From assembly GCA_000708835.1 (NCBI GenBank), contig DF237110.1, positions 62,001 through 126,000 of the forward strand: a stretch of DNA of 64,000 bases, in the 5' to 3' direction. Position numbers and translations under genes: made by a program. This document shows positions 61,525 through 64,000 of the stretch, piece by piece (the stretch's first letter is position 1; every line of letters begins with the position of its first letter). This DNA is from Klebsormidium nitens. Lineage: Eukaryota > Plantae > Klebsormidiophyceae. The notes under the pieces were generated by a model. It worked only from the letters and a program-made list of their open reading frames with translations. It made no database searches and was not told where the DNA came from.

Positions 61525-62920
61525 CATAGCGTTGTTGAAGTAGCGTGCAACCCCGCCTCTAACTCCGCCCGGTTGCTTGATGGAAAAGTGATCGGGGAGT
61601 TTGGGCCGAGATTTGTTTCGAGGATAAGGCTAATCAAAAGTCGACACCTGTCCGGGGTCGAAACCTGGTGCCAACTAGAAGCATCAATGATTGGTACTTT
61701 CAAGAAGTATGATCTGCCCGGTTGATGTGTATATTTTTAACCGGGTAGCCCGGTCGCGCGCTATGCAGCACACTACCGGCAGATTTTAGGTTGTAGGCTA
61801 GTCTGCGGTAAGGTATAGTGTCTACGATCCCGGGCCTCGGCAGAGTTGACCCCCGTACCCGGTGGATGGGAAAATGGAGTTAGAAGTTGAACCTATTGAG
61901 GTCTGTCTACCCAAGAACCACAGACCGGACCAGATCTACCTACTGTGAGTGACGTCATCTATAGGTCTACCGTCCGCGTAAAGGTGTGTACCAGTAGACT
62001 TAGGGGCTATTCGCATGCCACCGCTATCGCTACATTATCGCTACATTCTGGCGGAAAACCGAGAAAATTACCATCGCATGCACCCTTTTCCGCTTAAACC
62101 AAAACTTTCGCACGCACGGAATCCCGCTACATTGTAGCGATTCCGCTACATTGTATAACCGGCCATATACATTCTACAGATTGTAGCGGGTTCCGCTAAA
62201 AGCCGCCGTGGCACATCGAACGGCCACGATTCAATAAAGTTTGTACCCCTCCCTCGCCTGCCAGCCTCCCAGGCTTCTCCGAGTCTGTTTCCAGCGGGGC
62301 TGGTCCACCCGGTGTCCGGGACCGGCCGGCCGGCCGTGCACGTGGAGCTCCGGAATCCCGGAGGTTTGCGGTAATGTCCAATTCGCGGAAAGGCATGCGG
62401 CCGCTATTCCGTTACCCGGGCTCGGATGAAGAGCCACGTGGTTCCGCTAAAGCCCCGTTAAAATTTTAGCGGAACGGTGGCATGCGAATAGCCCCTACAC
62501 TACTACACTACTACACAAGTAGGCCTATAGGTAGTAAGCTTCCAAGGCTACATTAGTAGTAGCCAGTGTGCAGTGTTCAATTTTTTACCAACGGTTCTAT
62601 ACCGCAGACCGCGCGGTACGGCCGGCGGCCCAAATAGTAGTACCGGGTACCCATCATACGGGTACCATGTCAGAACTGTCAGAACTGGCCCCTTTAACTT
62701 GATTTTGGAGCCAGACTGTGTCAGATTTCGGTCCAAACTGGGAGCGATTGACACTATCAAACTTCTCAAATTGGCTGAGAGCTGCGACCGCCGTCGATGC
62801 GAATATCTACGGCGAAAATAGCCTTATCCCAATAATCGAATCCGAAACCGAATTTGTTGTGGTGGCTTCTACGGCCTCCGAGTTAGAGGCGGGGTCGCGG
62901 GCTTCTTCAACAACGCTATG
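61525..62920. mobile_element. Non-autonomous TIR DNA transposon (1,396 bp) with CATAG...CTATG termini and 3-bp TSD TCC
   Basis: 41-bp terminal inverted repeats at 61525-61565 and 62880-62920 match at 37/41 positions. Weaker subterminal symmetry (GGATAAGGCTA at about 61622 versus TAGCCTTATCC at about 62819). TCC flanks both ends. No transposase ORF. Confidence 0.8.
62003..62495. mobile_element. MITE (493 bp) with perfect 21-bp TIRs and TA target duplication, nested in the element above
   Basis: GGGGCTATTCGCATGCCACCG at 62003-62023 and its exact reverse complement at 62475-62495. TA on both flanks. Internal repeated CGCTACATT and GGTTCCGCTAAA motifs. No ORF of note. Confidence 0.9.
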
Positions 62921-63849
62921 TCCGTGTTGTCTAGCTAGCGCCGCCCTGGCATGCAGTGCACAGTACTGCATGCCTTATATACAGCACGCATACAGTCCGA
63001 CTTGTGGAGGTACAGCCGGGTCGAGGTGTAGCCCCCTCATTGGCCGAGCGGGCCGGCCGCGTCTAGAGGCATTGCATGACATTATTGCCTTCTTAACCAT
63101 TAAACTGTTTTGAGTCATTCGAAGGATTTGTATAAGCCGTGGGCAAAGGGTCGACCTGATATCTTGAGCGGTGGCCAAAGCTTCACGTTTGCAACCATGT
63201 GCACGCAGGCTTCGCCATCACGCGTCTGTCGCATGAGGTAAAGTGTCTTGTGGAATCATGCATGTCTTGAAAATTGCGGAGTGATTACGAGATTTGAACT
63301 CATCTTTCCGGAGGGGCAGCTATCCGCGTGGCACGTTCTATGAATTGACACAATTCTTGTTGGCAGCTTCTTGTACAGAACGGGTCAGAGTTTGTCACCC
63401 CATCGCCGCTGAAGTTACTTCCAGCAGCACCAATATTATTGCTTCTTGTGTTTTCTTAAATGGAGCAGACGAGCAGCGTGACGGCTTGAAAACAGACGGC
63501 CTTTCCCTTGCTTTGCCAAGTCTCTGCAACCAACAAGAGCACGGAAATCAGCTGATAAAAATGCAATGAATGCCTTTTTGGCAATAGCCCCCGCAAGAAG
63601 CTAAGGCTGAAAGAAACAGATTGACGCTTCCCTACGCTTGCTCAAAGATACGTCTTTCCATCCTCTTCTATATATACTTTCATTCGCTCGACCTTTTGAG
63701 GTTTGGGTTTTCGTGAGCAACTTCTGGACTGAAACACAGCGCTGGCGGTTGATTACCGCCACGATTGACTCCCACCGACCATTGAGGCTGAATGATCGGT
63801 GATAGTAGAAACGCAAAGCAAACCTCGTAGCTCCTCCCATGCTGGTCTC

Positions 63850-63888
63850 TTCTTCTTCCTTTTCTTTTTTTTCTTTTTTTTTTTTTTG
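63850..63888. repeat. Poly(T)/pyrimidine low-complexity tract
   Basis: TTCTTCTTCC followed by a T-rich run interrupted by single Cs. Confidence 0.8.
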
Positions 63889-64000
63889 AAGGCACAACTG
63901 ACAACCTTATGCAGAAGTTTTGACACTGACAATGCTCGTGGATTCTTGCTAGCTCGAAAGAACCCTCAATAGAAGGCCAGTCGCTAACAACATTTTTGCA

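Noticed and set aside
63850-64000. Poly(A) tail of a - strand retroposon
   Set aside because: No TSD or RT-related sequence is visible within the window; cannot be distinguished from a simple repeat.

Overview
This is intron-rich eukaryotic nuclear DNA of moderate GC content from a green-lineage organism. The land-plant-like gene set suggests a streptophyte alga such as Klebsormidium; this is inference, not a database result. Most listed six-frame ORFs are exon fragments or noise. Spliced genes reconstructed by hand, in order: a bacterial-type alpha/beta hydrolase (-, runs off the window start); a 4x CxxC zinc-ribbon repeat gene with a +1 frameshift (+); a head-to-head pair of ELIP genes; a CYP72-clan cytochrome P450 (-, 8 exons, two GC-AG introns); NAP1/NCKAP1 of the SCAR/WAVE complex (+, about 17 kb); an SNM1/PSO2 MBL-beta-CASP nuclease with a long acidic tail ending in a PIP box (-); ALG10 glucosyltransferase (-); HRD1 ERAD E3 ligase (+). 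Near the right end, a TA-flanked MITE is nested in a 1.4-kb non-autonomous DNA transposon with CATAG termini. The most striking unexplained pattern is that many introns in three unrelated genes carry serial degenerate tandem copies of the adjacent splice junction (splice site plus the first or last 20-90 nt of the exon). Similarity decays away from the true exon, and each copy I translated leads to a premature stop.
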